Assembly (NCBI GenBank): GCA_903916595.1
Contig: CAIWXI010000156.1
Coordinates: forward strand, 13,461-77,460
DNA from: an uncultured Bacteroidales bacterium
Lineage (GTDB): Bacteria > Bacteroidota > Bacteroidia > Bacteroidales > FEN-979
Direction of reading: 5' to 3'
DNA length: 64,000 bases
A program made the translations under genes and the position numbers. The notes below the pieces were generated by a model that saw only the letters and a program-made list of their open reading frames with translations, did not search any database and had not been told where the DNA came from. Positions within the stretch are counted from its first letter, which is position 1. Each line of letters begins with the position of its first letter. Below, in pieces: positions 54,883 through 64,000 of the stretch.

Positions 54883-54910
54883 TACAAATTTTCAGCAAAA
54901 GCCGATCCCT

Positions 54911-56590
54911 TCATGGCAGATTTGCCGGCAGTGTGAACCAAAACGTGCTCCCTTTTTCCTCTTCACTTTCAACCCATATCTTCCCGCCATGTTTTTCTAT
55001 AAACTCCTTGCAAATGATCAGTCCCAGACCGGTACTGGGCTCGTTTTCGGTTCCCCTCCGGCTTGTTTGAACGTCGATCCGGAATAAATCCTCAATCATT
55101 TCACGGCTCATTCCAATGCCGGTGTCACTGATCGAGATTTCTACTGAATCGGCCGATGCCGGCTTTGCAGCGATAGTAATCTTCCCTCCCCTGGGAGTGA
55201 ATTTCACGGCATTGGTAACCAAATTGCGGATTGTTGAACCCAGCATATTTTCATCGGCAAAAACCTTAAGGTCTTTTTCGATATTAAAAATGATCTCAAT
55301 CTCTTTTTTATCAGATGAATCCAAAACCAATCGTAAACTCTCATCCATAAGGGGTAGCAGGAGGAATGATGCGGGTTCAAAGCTGGATATTCCCCTTTGT
55401 ATCTGAGACCACTCAAGCAAATTCTCAAGCAAGCGGAAAATATTGGTTGCGGAGTTTTTCATGCTCACGGCAATCTTTTGAATTTCTTTCAATGTTAAAG
55501 TGTCGAGGTCTTCAACCAATATGTTGGTAAATCCAAGAAAGCCATTAAATGGCGCACGCAGGTCGTGGGCGATGACAGAAAAAAATTTGTCTTTTTCGGC
55601 AATTGATTCCTGTAATGCAAGGGTGAATTTCTCAAGTTCTATTTGCACTTTTTTTCGTTCGGTAATGTTGTGCCCCTGGGCAATAGTGGCTATCGGGGTA
55701 TGACCATCCGATGCAAAAATCGTGGCTGAATTCCACAGCACGGTTTGTATAGCCCCGTCACGATTCAGAATCTCTATCTCCACCGTTTCCATTCGCTCTC
55801 CTGTTAAGGTTTTTCGAATTAGTGCCATTGAATTTTCAACAATAGCGGGAGGGAAAAGAATTTCCAGAGATTGCCCGTGGACCTCTGACTCGCTGCGGCC
55901 GGTTAACAATTCAAAGGCATGATTAAAACGCGTGATACGGAATAAGGGATCCCACACAATAATGGGAACATTGGCATAATTGATCAGATTTTCGAGATAG
56001 GCATTGGTTTCTTTCAGAGCTTCCTCGGCCAGCTTACGCCCGGTGATATCAACCATGCTAACCAGGCATTGCTCCCCATTCTTGTTAATGATACCGGCAA
56101 GTTGAACAACTATTGGTAAATTACCGGTGATTGACAAAGTGAGCTCGCATGATTCCTTGACTTTGCTGGTGAATATTCTCTCAAGAAAGAAATTGAAATC
56201 TGGTTTCGTATCGTCGGAAACAATAAAACCAAACTGACTCTTTTTTATCCGCGAGCGTTCTTTGCCCAGCATTTTAGCTCCAAAGAGGTTTACTTCCAGA
56301 ATCTCACCCGTTGCTGAAAGTGTAAAATGACCAGATGGGGCAAAATCGTATAGCTCAGTATACTTGTCGATAGCGATTTTTCCCTGAGCCAATGCAAGAC
56401 AGAGTTCCTCATTTTGCATTTCCAGCTCCAGCTGGTGAACTTCAATCTCTTGAATGAGCTTAAGCATTTCTGAGTCTAAAGAGCCGACAGGTTGATGAGT
56501 TGATGGGGAGTCGAGTCCATCTTTAAGTAACTGTTCGGCTTTCTGGTGCAGGAGTTCAGACCAGGATTTGTTATTCGATTTTTTTGTCAT
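54911..56590 (-). CDS. Cytoplasmic PAS sensor histidine kinase (coiled-coil leader, 2 PAS, HisKA, HATPase_c).
   Basis: N-terminal motif LIQEIEVHQLELEMQNEEL. H-box FFSVIAHDLRAPF. G-boxes DTGIGM and GLGLIIC. Confidence 0.88.
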   Translation of the reverse strand: MTKKSNNKSWSELLHQKAEQLLKDGLDSPSTHQPVGSLDSEMLKLIQEIEVHQLELEMQNEELCLALAQGKIAIDKYTELYDFAPSGHFTLSATGEILEVNLFGAKMLGKERSRIKKSQFGFIVSDDTKPDFNFFLERIFTSKVKESCELTLSITGNLPIVVQLAGIINKNGEQCLVSMVDITGRKLAEEALKETNAYLENLINYANVPIIVWDPLFRITRFNHAFELLTGRSESEVHGQSLEILFPPAIVENSMALIRKTLTGERMETVEIEILNRDGAIQTVLWNSATIFASDGHTPIATIAQGHNITERKKVQIELEKFTLALQESIAEKDKFFSVIAHDLRAPFNGFLGFTNILVEDLDTLTLKEIQKIAVSMKNSATNIFRLLENLLEWSQIQRGISSFEPASFLLLPLMDESLRLVLDSSDKKEIEIIFNIEKDLKVFADENMLGSTIRNLVTNAVKFTPRGGKITIAAKPASADSVEISISDTGIGMSREMIEDLFRIDVQTSRRGTENEPSTGLGLIICKEFIEKHGGKIWVESEEEKGSTFWFTLPANLP

Positions 56591-56605
56591 GTTTTCTCTC
56601 CATCT

Positions 56606-58612
56606 TTATTTTTTTTCTTGCACAGGTAAAACCAGCCTGATCTTTGTCCCAAACGATTCGTCGCTCGTTATTTCAATGCTTCCGTTCATTTCCTTCATGA
56701 TCTGATAAGAAATTGATAAACCCAGTCCGGTGCCTTTTCCCTCCTCCTTGGTAGTATAAAAAGGAAGCATCACATTATGAAGATCGTCATTTTTAATCCC
56801 AATCCCATTATCGGTAACTTCAACAAAAATAAATAGATTTTCTTCATAAGATCTGATTCTAACGAGCATTTCAGAATCTTGCTGTTTGCTCTTTTTTTCC
56901 ATTACCGCATCTTTGGCATTGGTTAGCAGATTTAAGATAACCTGCTCAAATTTATATGTATTGCCAACAACCTGGGGAATCCTGGTTTCGAGTTGAAGAT
57001 TCATGCTTATGCCATGATGCTTGAACTGTTCCACTATCATCGAAGTGGCATTTACAATGCTTGAATTAACATTGAAGGCAGTGAGTATATAATCTTCGCG
57101 GCTACTCGAAAAGGCCCTTACATGATCAATAATATCTCTGATCCGGGTTATATTTTCGAAAATTTTATTCGATTTATTTTTAAGGAACTCCACATCCACG
57201 GTGTTGGTTCGGTCAGTCTCAAATAAAATCTTGTCCATAACCATAGAAATGATATTCAATGGCTGATTGATCTCGTGCGCAATGCCCGCGGCCATTTCTC
57301 CGATCGTCGACATACGGTTGGAATGGCTCTGCTTTGCCTCCATCTTTTTTCGGTGTGAAATATCTCGCACGATGATCATGAATGATAAGGGTTCTCCGTC
57401 AGGGCCCTGCATTAAGGTAGCGCTGATTTCACTTGTAAATTTAGATTGGTTTTTTTTTCTGACGGTTAACCCGATATTTTGTGTAAACCCTTCATTCATA
57501 GTCTTTGCCAGTAACTCTTGTAATCTCTCATACTCCTCGGTCGGAACGAATTGAAAAATATCTTCACCCACCATCTCATCCCTGCTATCGACGCCAAATA
57601 ATTCAAGCCCGATCTCGGAAATTTCGATAATTATTCCTTTAAGGTTTATTAATACCATACAATCGGGCGAAGCATTTAACATTGTTTTGTATTTTTCTTC
57701 GCTGGCCCTAATGACTTGTTCGGCTATTTTGCGATCGGTGATATTGCGGATTGTGCTGTGAGTTCCCAGCACTCTTTTATTCACTTTGACCTGATTTGAG
57801 GTGTGCGACACCCACCTTACTCCTCCCTGTGGATCAATAATACGATATTCGAAATCCTGCAGGTCATGCCCTTTCTGAAAAACCTCTTCCCAGGTTCTCC
57901 TGCAAAGATCAGCATCATCGGGATGAAAGATGTCGGGCATCATCTGCCCGATAAATTTCTCGTAAGAATAGCCGATAACGGTTTCAGACTGCGGACTGCA
58001 GAATATTGTGATGCCATGGGCATCAGAGAGGATGATCAAATCTGAACTGTTGGAAATCAAAGACCAATATAATCTCTCGCTTTCCAGCAGCGCCTCCTCT
58101 GCACGCCTGCGCTTGGTGGTATCCCTTGAAACAACCACAATGGCCTTTGCTTTATTGGTTTCATCCCTTAGAAAAGAAAAAGAAAGCTCGACCCATACCG
58201 TGGAACCGTTTTTATGGTATTGCTCCAGCTCAATGGTTGGGTAATCTCTGGTCTGAGCAGTTCCAGCCAACTCCGAGGGCATGATTTTTGCCGCCATTTC
58301 CATGAATTTCTGTAAAGATGCCGGGGTTAGGATCTGCTCTGGTTTTTGAAGAACGGCCTCTTCTACCGTATATCCACGTATTTTCATAATTGATGGACTC
58401 ACATAAGTTATGTTAAAATCCATGTCCAATAGTGCGATAGTGTCATTCGTGTTCTCTGCAATAAGTCGGAATTTCTCTTCACTTTGTTGCAATGAAATCT
58501 CATAAAGCTTGCGTTCGGTAGTGAAGGGCGACGCCTCAACCAAAGTGCGCTCTTGTTTTTCGCCTTCCTGCATTATATTCTCCGCCTGCCCGTGCCCGGT
58601 AATATCAACCAT
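56606..58612 (-). CDS. Cytoplasmic multi-PAS sensor histidine kinase of a different HisKA subfamily.
   Basis: About 4 PAS modules. H-box MAAGIAHEINQPL. N-box NLLTNAKDA. G-boxes DNGIGI and GTGLGLSI. Lies 15 nt upstream of the 54911-56590 gene on the same strand. Confidence 0.88.
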   Translation of the reverse strand: MVDITGHGQAENIMQEGEKQERTLVEASPFTTERKLYEISLQQSEEKFRLIAENTNDTIALLDMDFNITYVSPSIMKIRGYTVEEAVLQKPEQILTPASLQKFMEMAAKIMPSELAGTAQTRDYPTIELEQYHKNGSTVWVELSFSFLRDETNKAKAIVVVSRDTTKRRRAEEALLESERLYWSLISNSSDLIILSDAHGITIFCSPQSETVIGYSYEKFIGQMMPDIFHPDDADLCRRTWEEVFQKGHDLQDFEYRIIDPQGGVRWVSHTSNQVKVNKRVLGTHSTIRNITDRKIAEQVIRASEEKYKTMLNASPDCMVLINLKGIIIEISEIGLELFGVDSRDEMVGEDIFQFVPTEEYERLQELLAKTMNEGFTQNIGLTVRKKNQSKFTSEISATLMQGPDGEPLSFMIIVRDISHRKKMEAKQSHSNRMSTIGEMAAGIAHEINQPLNIISMVMDKILFETDRTNTVDVEFLKNKSNKIFENITRIRDIIDHVRAFSSSREDYILTAFNVNSSIVNATSMIVEQFKHHGISMNLQLETRIPQVVGNTYKFEQVILNLLTNAKDAVMEKKSKQQDSEMLVRIRSYEENLFIFVEVTDNGIGIKNDDLHNVMLPFYTTKEEGKGTGLGLSISYQIMKEMNGSIEITSDESFGTKIRLVLPVQEKK

Positions 58613-58838
58613 GGGTAAAAAGTTTGTTTATTATTTGGATATTTATTTAATAATCAACAACTATCGGTTTTTTTGTATTGGGGTCTGTGTAACATTAATT
58701 AGGTGATAACTAAGAGTTTAAAGATAGTGATAAAAACTGATAGTGAACATAACAAACCTGAAAATATTATTTTCATAATAAATCTGCTAAAATGATCGTA
58801 TTCAAATCAATCATTGATAGGGGGATGCTAAAATAATG

Positions 58839-58846
58839 TAAATTTG
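58839..58846 (+). promoter_or_regulatory. -7 promoter box TAAATTTG for the 58901 kinase gene.
   Basis: Exact TAnnTTTG match 54 nt upstream of the proposed TTG start. Confidence 0.4.
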
Positions 58847-58900
58847 TGCGAAGCTATTTTTTGGTCTATTAGGTTACCATAATTTACCCGGAGATTTGAA

Positions 58901-61645
58901 TTGATTTTGAAACAAATAACTGATCAACCCGTCACCTCCTTAGATTCCGAGACCTTGAAGCTCATTCACGATCTGGAATTACAGCGTGTAGAACTGGAGT
59001 CCCAGTACGAGAAGCTCCGCCACTTATGGGCTCAGTCAGAGGTTGCCAATTACAAATATACCGGTTTGTATGATTTCACGCCCACGGGGTATTTTATGCT
59101 TTCCCGCGAAGGGAACATCATGGAATTAAACCTAAGTGGCGCCAATATGCTGGGCAAAGACCGCCTGCGATTAAAAAGCATTCAGTTCAGCGCTTTTGTT
59201 ACCGATGCAACAAAACATGCATTCGATCTCTTTCTCGGGAAAGTATTTAGCAGTAACACTAAAAAAACCTGCGAAGTTACCTTATCAACCGGAGGAAATC
59301 TGCCAATGCATGTTAGCCTTACCGGTATTGCTGCCGGGAGCGGAGAACAGTGTTTTGTAACTATGATTGATATCTCTGAACGAAAGAAAGCTGAGGAAGC
59401 GCTTTTTGAGAGGGAGGAAAGGCTTAAGGATCTCACTTTTATCATGGCTGATTGGGTTTGGGAGGTCGATGCGAATGGTGTCTATACATACAGCTCACTG
59501 AGGAGCTTTGATCTTTTCGGGTACTCTCATGAAGATGTCATTGGCAAAACTCCATTCGATTTTATGCCCCCGGATGAAGCCAACAGGATAGCCCTCATTT
59601 TCTCTGAGATCATGGCAAAAAAGGTCCCGATAAAGGATCTGGAGAATTGGAATATCGGGAAGAATGGCCAGAGAATATGCCTGCTCACAAATGCCATTCC
59701 AATACTTGATAAAGAAGGGAATCTTAAGGGTTACCGTGGCATTGATAAAGACATCACCAAACGCAAGTTGTCGGAAGAGGAGCTTGAAGAAAGCAGAGAA
59801 AAGTACAGGGGCTTAAGCGAAGCTGGGTTTGATTCAATCTTCCTTTCTGAAAAAGGCCTTTGTATTGAGCAAAACCAGGCCGCTGAAAAAATGTTTGGTT
59901 ATACCAACGACGAAGCTATAGGCCGGTATGGAACAGATTGGATAGCTCCCAAAGACCGGGAGATGGTCATGAATAATATGATCTCTGGCGTTGAAGATCC
60001 TTACGAAGCTACAGCATTAAAAAAAGACGGTACAACATTTCCCTGCGTTTTACGAGGGAAAATGATGCACTACAAAGGAAAACATGTAAGGGTAACATCT
60101 TTAACTGATGTCACTGACCGCAAGCAGGCGGAAACTAAATTAATACGATTATCACGCGCTGTAGAGCAAAGCCCTGCCTGTATCATTATAACTGATTATA
60201 ATGGCAGTATTATTTATGTAAATCCCAAAGTCTGCGAAATCACCGGGTATTCAGCAGGGGAGATGGTTGGAAAAAACCCGCGTATACTGCAGTCTGGCGA
60301 AACTCCCAAAGAAACTTACCAGAACCTTTGGAGTACGATCATTTCGGGTAATGAATGGAAGGGCGAATTTCATAATAAAAAGAAAAACGGGGAACTGTTC
60401 TGGGAATCGGTTTCCGTTTCTCCAATCCTTGATAACACGGGAAAAATCATCAACTTTCTGGCCGTCAAGGAGGATATCACTGAACGAAAGAAAATGATGG
60501 CTAATTTAGAAATAGCCCGGGAGAAAGCCGAATCAGTCAACCGCCTCAAAACGGCGTTTATGAATAATATTTCACACGAAATACGAACCCCTCTTAACGG
60601 TATTCTTGGCTTCAGTCAATTAATCACTCAAGCCGGTCACACCGAAGGTGAGAAGGATCAGTTCAATGCTTTTATCAGAGCAAGCGGCCTCCGTTTGGTC
60701 AATACAGTCACCAGCTACATGGATATTTCCCTGATCACTTCAGGCAATATGAAGACGAATGTCAAGCCCATCGAGTTGTACAAAATCCTGCCTGCACTTT
60801 ATGAACAATTTGAGCCCTTGTGCTCTGCTAAGGATCTTATTTTATACCTGAATATTCCAGGAACCGAGCATGAGATTACATTTTGTTCCGATAATGAATT
60901 GTTTGTTAAAGCATTTTCTAACATCCTGGACAATGCTGTGAAATTTACCGCCAAAGGCGATATCTCATTCGGTTATACCATGAAACCCGGGGCCCTGGAA
61001 TTTTTTGTAAAAGATACCGGTATTGGCATTGCTTTGGAGGCCCGGGAAAGGATCTTTGAAGCTTTCACGCAGGAGAATATTTCAAGTACCCGGGGCTATG
61101 AAGGTAGCGGTCTGGGATTGTCTATTGCCCAGGGATTAATACGTTTGCTTGGAGGCGAAATACGCGTGGAGTCGGAGCAGGGAAGAGGTGCTGCATTTTT
61201 CTTTAATCTCCCTTTTGAAGAGACCTGCAGAGAAACAAATTTACCGGAGTATTTAATAATAAAGGCCCCCGTTTTAAATAAACCGGTAATCCTGATTGCT
61301 GAAGATGATGAATCCAACAGGTTTTACCTTGAGAAAATAATTAACACTGAATCAATCAGTGTCTTCCTGGCGGTTAATGGGCGGGAAGCCGTGGAGCTAT
61401 GTCGGGCACATCCTGAAATCTCAATGGTGTTAATGGATCTGAAAATGCCCGTTATGGACGGACTCGAGGCTACCCGTGAGATCAAAGCATTCCGCGCAGA
61501 TCTTCCTGTTATTGTAAGTACAGCCTTTGCCATGGAAGCGGATAAGGAGAAAGCCATAGAAGCGGGATGTGATGAATTTCTGGCAAAACCGGTAAGCAAG
61601 ACAGCTTTGCTGAATACATTAAAAAAATATGGGCTGGTGGTTTAA
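58901..61645 (+). CDS. Hybrid sensor histidine kinase (coiled-coil leader, about 4 PAS, HisKA, HATPase_c, REC); core is paralogous to the PocR kinase.
   Basis: The start is uncertain: the TTG at 58901 is used because there is no in-frame ATG near the N-terminus. H-box SHEIRTPLNGILGF. G-boxes DTGIGI and GSGLGLSI. REC from LIAEDDE to VLMDLKMPVMDG to FLAKP. Confidence 0.85.
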   Translation: MILKQITDQPVTSLDSETLKLIHDLELQRVELESQYEKLRHLWAQSEVANYKYTGLYDFTPTGYFMLSREGNIMELNLSGANMLGKDRLRLKSIQFSAFVTDATKHAFDLFLGKVFSSNTKKTCEVTLSTGGNLPMHVSLTGIAAGSGEQCFVTMIDISERKKAEEALFEREERLKDLTFIMADWVWEVDANGVYTYSSLRSFDLFGYSHEDVIGKTPFDFMPPDEANRIALIFSEIMAKKVPIKDLENWNIGKNGQRICLLTNAIPILDKEGNLKGYRGIDKDITKRKLSEEELEESREKYRGLSEAGFDSIFLSEKGLCIEQNQAAEKMFGYTNDEAIGRYGTDWIAPKDREMVMNNMISGVEDPYEATALKKDGTTFPCVLRGKMMHYKGKHVRVTSLTDVTDRKQAETKLIRLSRAVEQSPACIIITDYNGSIIYVNPKVCEITGYSAGEMVGKNPRILQSGETPKETYQNLWSTIISGNEWKGEFHNKKKNGELFWESVSVSPILDNTGKIINFLAVKEDITERKKMMANLEIAREKAESVNRLKTAFMNNISHEIRTPLNGILGFSQLITQAGHTEGEKDQFNAFIRASGLRLVNTVTSYMDISLITSGNMKTNVKPIELYKILPALYEQFEPLCSAKDLILYLNIPGTEHEITFCSDNELFVKAFSNILDNAVKFTAKGDISFGYTMKPGALEFFVKDTGIGIALEARERIFEAFTQENISSTRGYEGSGLGLSIAQGLIRLLGGEIRVESEQGRGAAFFFNLPFEETCRETNLPEYLIIKAPVLNKPVILIAEDDESNRFYLEKIINTESISVFLAVNGREAVELCRAHPEISMVLMDLKMPVMDGLEATREIKAFRADLPVIVSTAFAMEADKEKAIEAGCDEFLAKPVSKTALLNTLKKYGLVV

Positions 61646-61660
61646 CTCCTTATAATTATC

Positions 61661-64000
61661 CTACAGGGTGAAATTTTTTTGAATCGTCCTGATCAGTTCA
61701 TTATCCATGAACGGCTTCTCAATAAAATCGTTACATCCGGCTGCTTTTGCCACCTCCCGTTCTCCTGAAACAACATGGGCTGTCTGGGCAATGATAATGA
61801 CCTTGCTGTTAAACCCGCGAATCTGAAGTATCGCATCTATCCCGTTCAATTCGGGCATGCTTAAATCCATCAGCACAAGATCAATGTCGGGATTGTCCCG
61901 GCAGGTATCCACCGCTTCACGGCCGTTTTTTACTTGTAAAACACTATTGCTGATTCCTTTTACCATTCTGGTAAGAAGAATTGACGAAGGAGCATCGTCT
62001 TCGGCAATTAAAATTTTCAGACGCCCGGCCCATTCATCTGTTTTTATTTCTGAAGGCATTTCTTTAACCGGAATTTTTTCTTCCTTCGCAGCTATATAAG
62101 GAAAAGTGAAATAAAACACAGAACCCTTATCCGGCTCACTGTTTACGCCGATCTCTCCGCCCAGCAGGGTAACAAATTCTCTGCACATCACCAGCCCCAG
62201 ACCGGTTCCCGGCTCATCCATCGTTCCGGGTCGCTGGTAGTTGGCGCCGATCATAAATAGTGTCTTCGCCTCAGATGCCGGAATGCCGATCCCCGTATCG
62301 GAAACTTCAATACGTACAAAACCGCCTTCTATACCTGAGCTTACTATGATAGTACCGTTTTCGGGTGTGAATTTAATCGAATTGTTTACCAGGTTAATCA
62401 GCACAGCCTTAATGATTTTAGGATCAGAATATATTCGTGAACCTGTTTCAGTTTCATTTATCAGCTTCTGGCTTTTTTCAAAAGCACGGGTTGAAAGAAC
62501 AGCCATAACTTCCTTTGTAAGCTCTTGAACAGAGAGGTTCTCAGGAATACTCTTTATTTGCCCGCGTTGCATCTGAGCCCAGCTAAGAAGATTCTCGAGC
62601 AGACTAAAGGTATTGATGCTGCTTCTCTTCAGACTGCCTATAATAAGACGTTTCTTTGATTCCTCGAAGGTGTCATAATTTTCATCAAGTGACTTAAGCA
62701 AACCCAGAAGCCCGTTGAACGGGCTTCTGAGATCGTGCGCGATGATCGAGAAAAACTTATCCTTCGTAAGATTCGCATCTTTCAGTTCTTCGTTCTTCAT
62801 GTCCAGGATATGGTTCATGCGGCGCTGCCGGCGACTGTTTTTCAGGATATCCAGCAGAAGGATTACCCCCAGCAGCAGGATCACGCCGATAGCGATAATA
62901 TAAATCCTTTGTATTTTAATTGTGTTCTGCTTGATTTCATTGTTCTTCAGCAACAGTATATTCTCATTTTCCATTTGCTTCAATTCATTCCTGAAAACCG
63001 CTTCGGCCACTTTATGCCTCACCGTTGCACTTCCAAGGGTGTCCTGCAGGGAAGAGTATCTTACATTATACTCAAATGCTGCCTTGTAGTTTCCTTTCCT
63101 TGCCTCAATATCTCCCATGATCCTGCAGGCGGATTTTTCGAAGGTCACAAATTCTTGATCATGGGCCAATTGCAAACCGCTTTTGGTAAATTTCTCTGCT
63201 TTATCAAGGTCTCCGAGTTCCAGATAAACCCCTCCGAGGTTCACCAGCAAAGCTGCACGCTGCTGGTTTCTGTAAGGAGTCAGTGGCGATTTATAGGCTT
63301 CGGTGAAAAATTCCAGCGCCTGATTGAAATCTTTTTGAGTCCAGGCAGCATTGCCGAGGTTGACCAATGCATTTAAACGAGTATCTTCTACCTTGTTTTC
63401 CTCTGCCATTCGCAGTACCTTCTTCAGAAAAATCCGGGCCGAATCCTGATCTCCTTTTACCTGAGAATATAAAAGCCCCATATTAAGAAAAATAGCCATG
63501 TCGAGTTTGATGTCGCCAAGCGGTTTGTTGATTTTAAGCGCCATACGGTAAGCACTCATTGATTTTTCAAAATCGTTGAGGTCGAAATAGATCATGCCCA
63601 GCTTGATATACGAGTTGGCCAGGAAAGAGTTCATGTGTTTGGCTTCATATATTGCTTGCGACTCAAGGGTGTTTTGAATGGCCCCGATGTAATTGCCTTT
63701 GTTAAAATAAACCGTGGCAAGGTCAGAAACCGCCTTAGCGTACCGGCTCTTGTCCTGAAGCTGCTTTCCGCAGTTAACAGCCAATTTGTGATATTTCTCA
63801 GCGCTGTCAGAGACCCCGAGTACTCCGTAATAAATTCCAAGGTTGCTTAAAACCATCGTTTCGAGGTCGATGTTGTTATCCTTCACGGCCCTGGCAAGCG
63901 CCTTGTGAAAGGTGGGGATGGCCTGGCCGGGATTATTCTGGTACCAATAACATACAGCCCTGCAATTCAGTCCCTTTATAAGCCCGTAACTGAAATCGAT
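61661..64000 (-). CDS. Hybrid sensor histidine kinase (TPR repeats, TM, HisKA, HATPase_c, REC); N-terminus lies beyond the window.
   Basis: The track starts it at GTG 63886, but hand translation shows the frame stays open to 64000 (...IDFSYGLIKGLNCRAVCYWYQNNPGQAIPTFHKALARAVKDNN...) and remains TPR-like. H-box FFSIIAHDLRSPF. G-boxes DTGIGI and GTGLGLVMC. REC from ILIAEDD to VLMDLSMPELNG to FIEKP. Confidence 0.85.
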   Translation of the reverse strand: MDFSYGLIKGLNCRAVCYWYQNNPGQAIPTFHKALARAVKDNNIDLETMVLSNLGIYYGVLGVSDSAEKYHKLAVNCGKQLQDKSRYAKAVSDLATVYFNKGNYIGAIQNTLESQAIYEAKHMNSFLANSYIKLGMIYFDLNDFEKSMSAYRMALKINKPLGDIKLDMAIFLNMGLLYSQVKGDQDSARIFLKKVLRMAEENKVEDTRLNALVNLGNAAWTQKDFNQALEFFTEAYKSPLTPYRNQQRAALLVNLGGVYLELGDLDKAEKFTKSGLQLAHDQEFVTFEKSACRIMGDIEARKGNYKAAFEYNVRYSSLQDTLGSATVRHKVAEAVFRNELKQMENENILLLKNNEIKQNTIKIQRIYIIAIGVILLLGVILLLDILKNSRRQRRMNHILDMKNEELKDANLTKDKFFSIIAHDLRSPFNGLLGLLKSLDENYDTFEESKKRLIIGSLKRSSINTFSLLENLLSWAQMQRGQIKSIPENLSVQELTKEVMAVLSTRAFEKSQKLINETETGSRIYSDPKIIKAVLINLVNNSIKFTPENGTIIVSSGIEGGFVRIEVSDTGIGIPASEAKTLFMIGANYQRPGTMDEPGTGLGLVMCREFVTLLGGEIGVNSEPDKGSVFYFTFPYIAAKEEKIPVKEMPSEIKTDEWAGRLKILIAEDDAPSSILLTRMVKGISNSVLQVKNGREAVDTCRDNPDIDLVLMDLSMPELNGIDAILQIRGFNSKVIIIAQTAHVVSGEREVAKAAGCNDFIEKPFMDNELIRTIQKNFTL

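Overview
This 64 kb window is a chromosomal segment of a Bacteroidota (Bacteroidia-like) genome. Support for that placement: T9SS components (porQ, a cargo protein with a T9SS C-terminal sorting domain), phylum-typical families (DUF5683 next to parAB, GWxTD, DUF3276), repeated TAnnTTTG -7 promoter boxes at the right distance from gene and tRNA starts, and almost no Shine-Dalgarno sequences. All protein family calls come from motifs read by eye; no HMM or BLAST search was possible.

Positions 1-35.2 kb are mostly conserved housekeeping genes. They include a window-edge surface lipoprotein that the ORF track misses, a transketolase N-subunit, lolA, ftsK, lepB, dapB, parB, parA, nusB, porQ, recF, an E2 acyltransferase, clpX, clpP, tig, smpB and aroQ. 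The region also holds glycosyltransferases, a TonB-dependent receptor behind a clear TPP riboswitch, and tRNA-Leu and tRNA-His; two tRNA-Ser genes lie just beyond it at 35.4 and 36.6 kb.

Positions 35.6-64 kb are a dense signal-transduction island. It opens with a HisKA-REC protein lacking an ATPase domain, sitting between the two tRNA-Ser genes, followed by a T9SS cargo protein. Next is an apparent 8-gene operon: degenerate ADP-ribosylglycohydrolase, PocR-PAS hybrid kinase, cheW, cheW, mcp, cheA-REC, cheB, REC-histidine kinase. It has no cheR, cheY or flagellar genes. Five further PAS, SBP, DUF3365 or TPR histidine kinases follow. No DNA-binding response regulator is present anywhere in the window.

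A second recurring oddity is that several intergenic spacers consist almost entirely of 7-8 nt tandem repeats. These are (GCATCCY)x~26, (ATGGTGAA)x11 with inverted copies, the same octamer again at tig-clpP, and a telomere-like (CCCTAAT)x6. Two of the arrays are G-quadruplex-capable.

No CRISPR array, integrase, transposase or recognisable defence system was seen.
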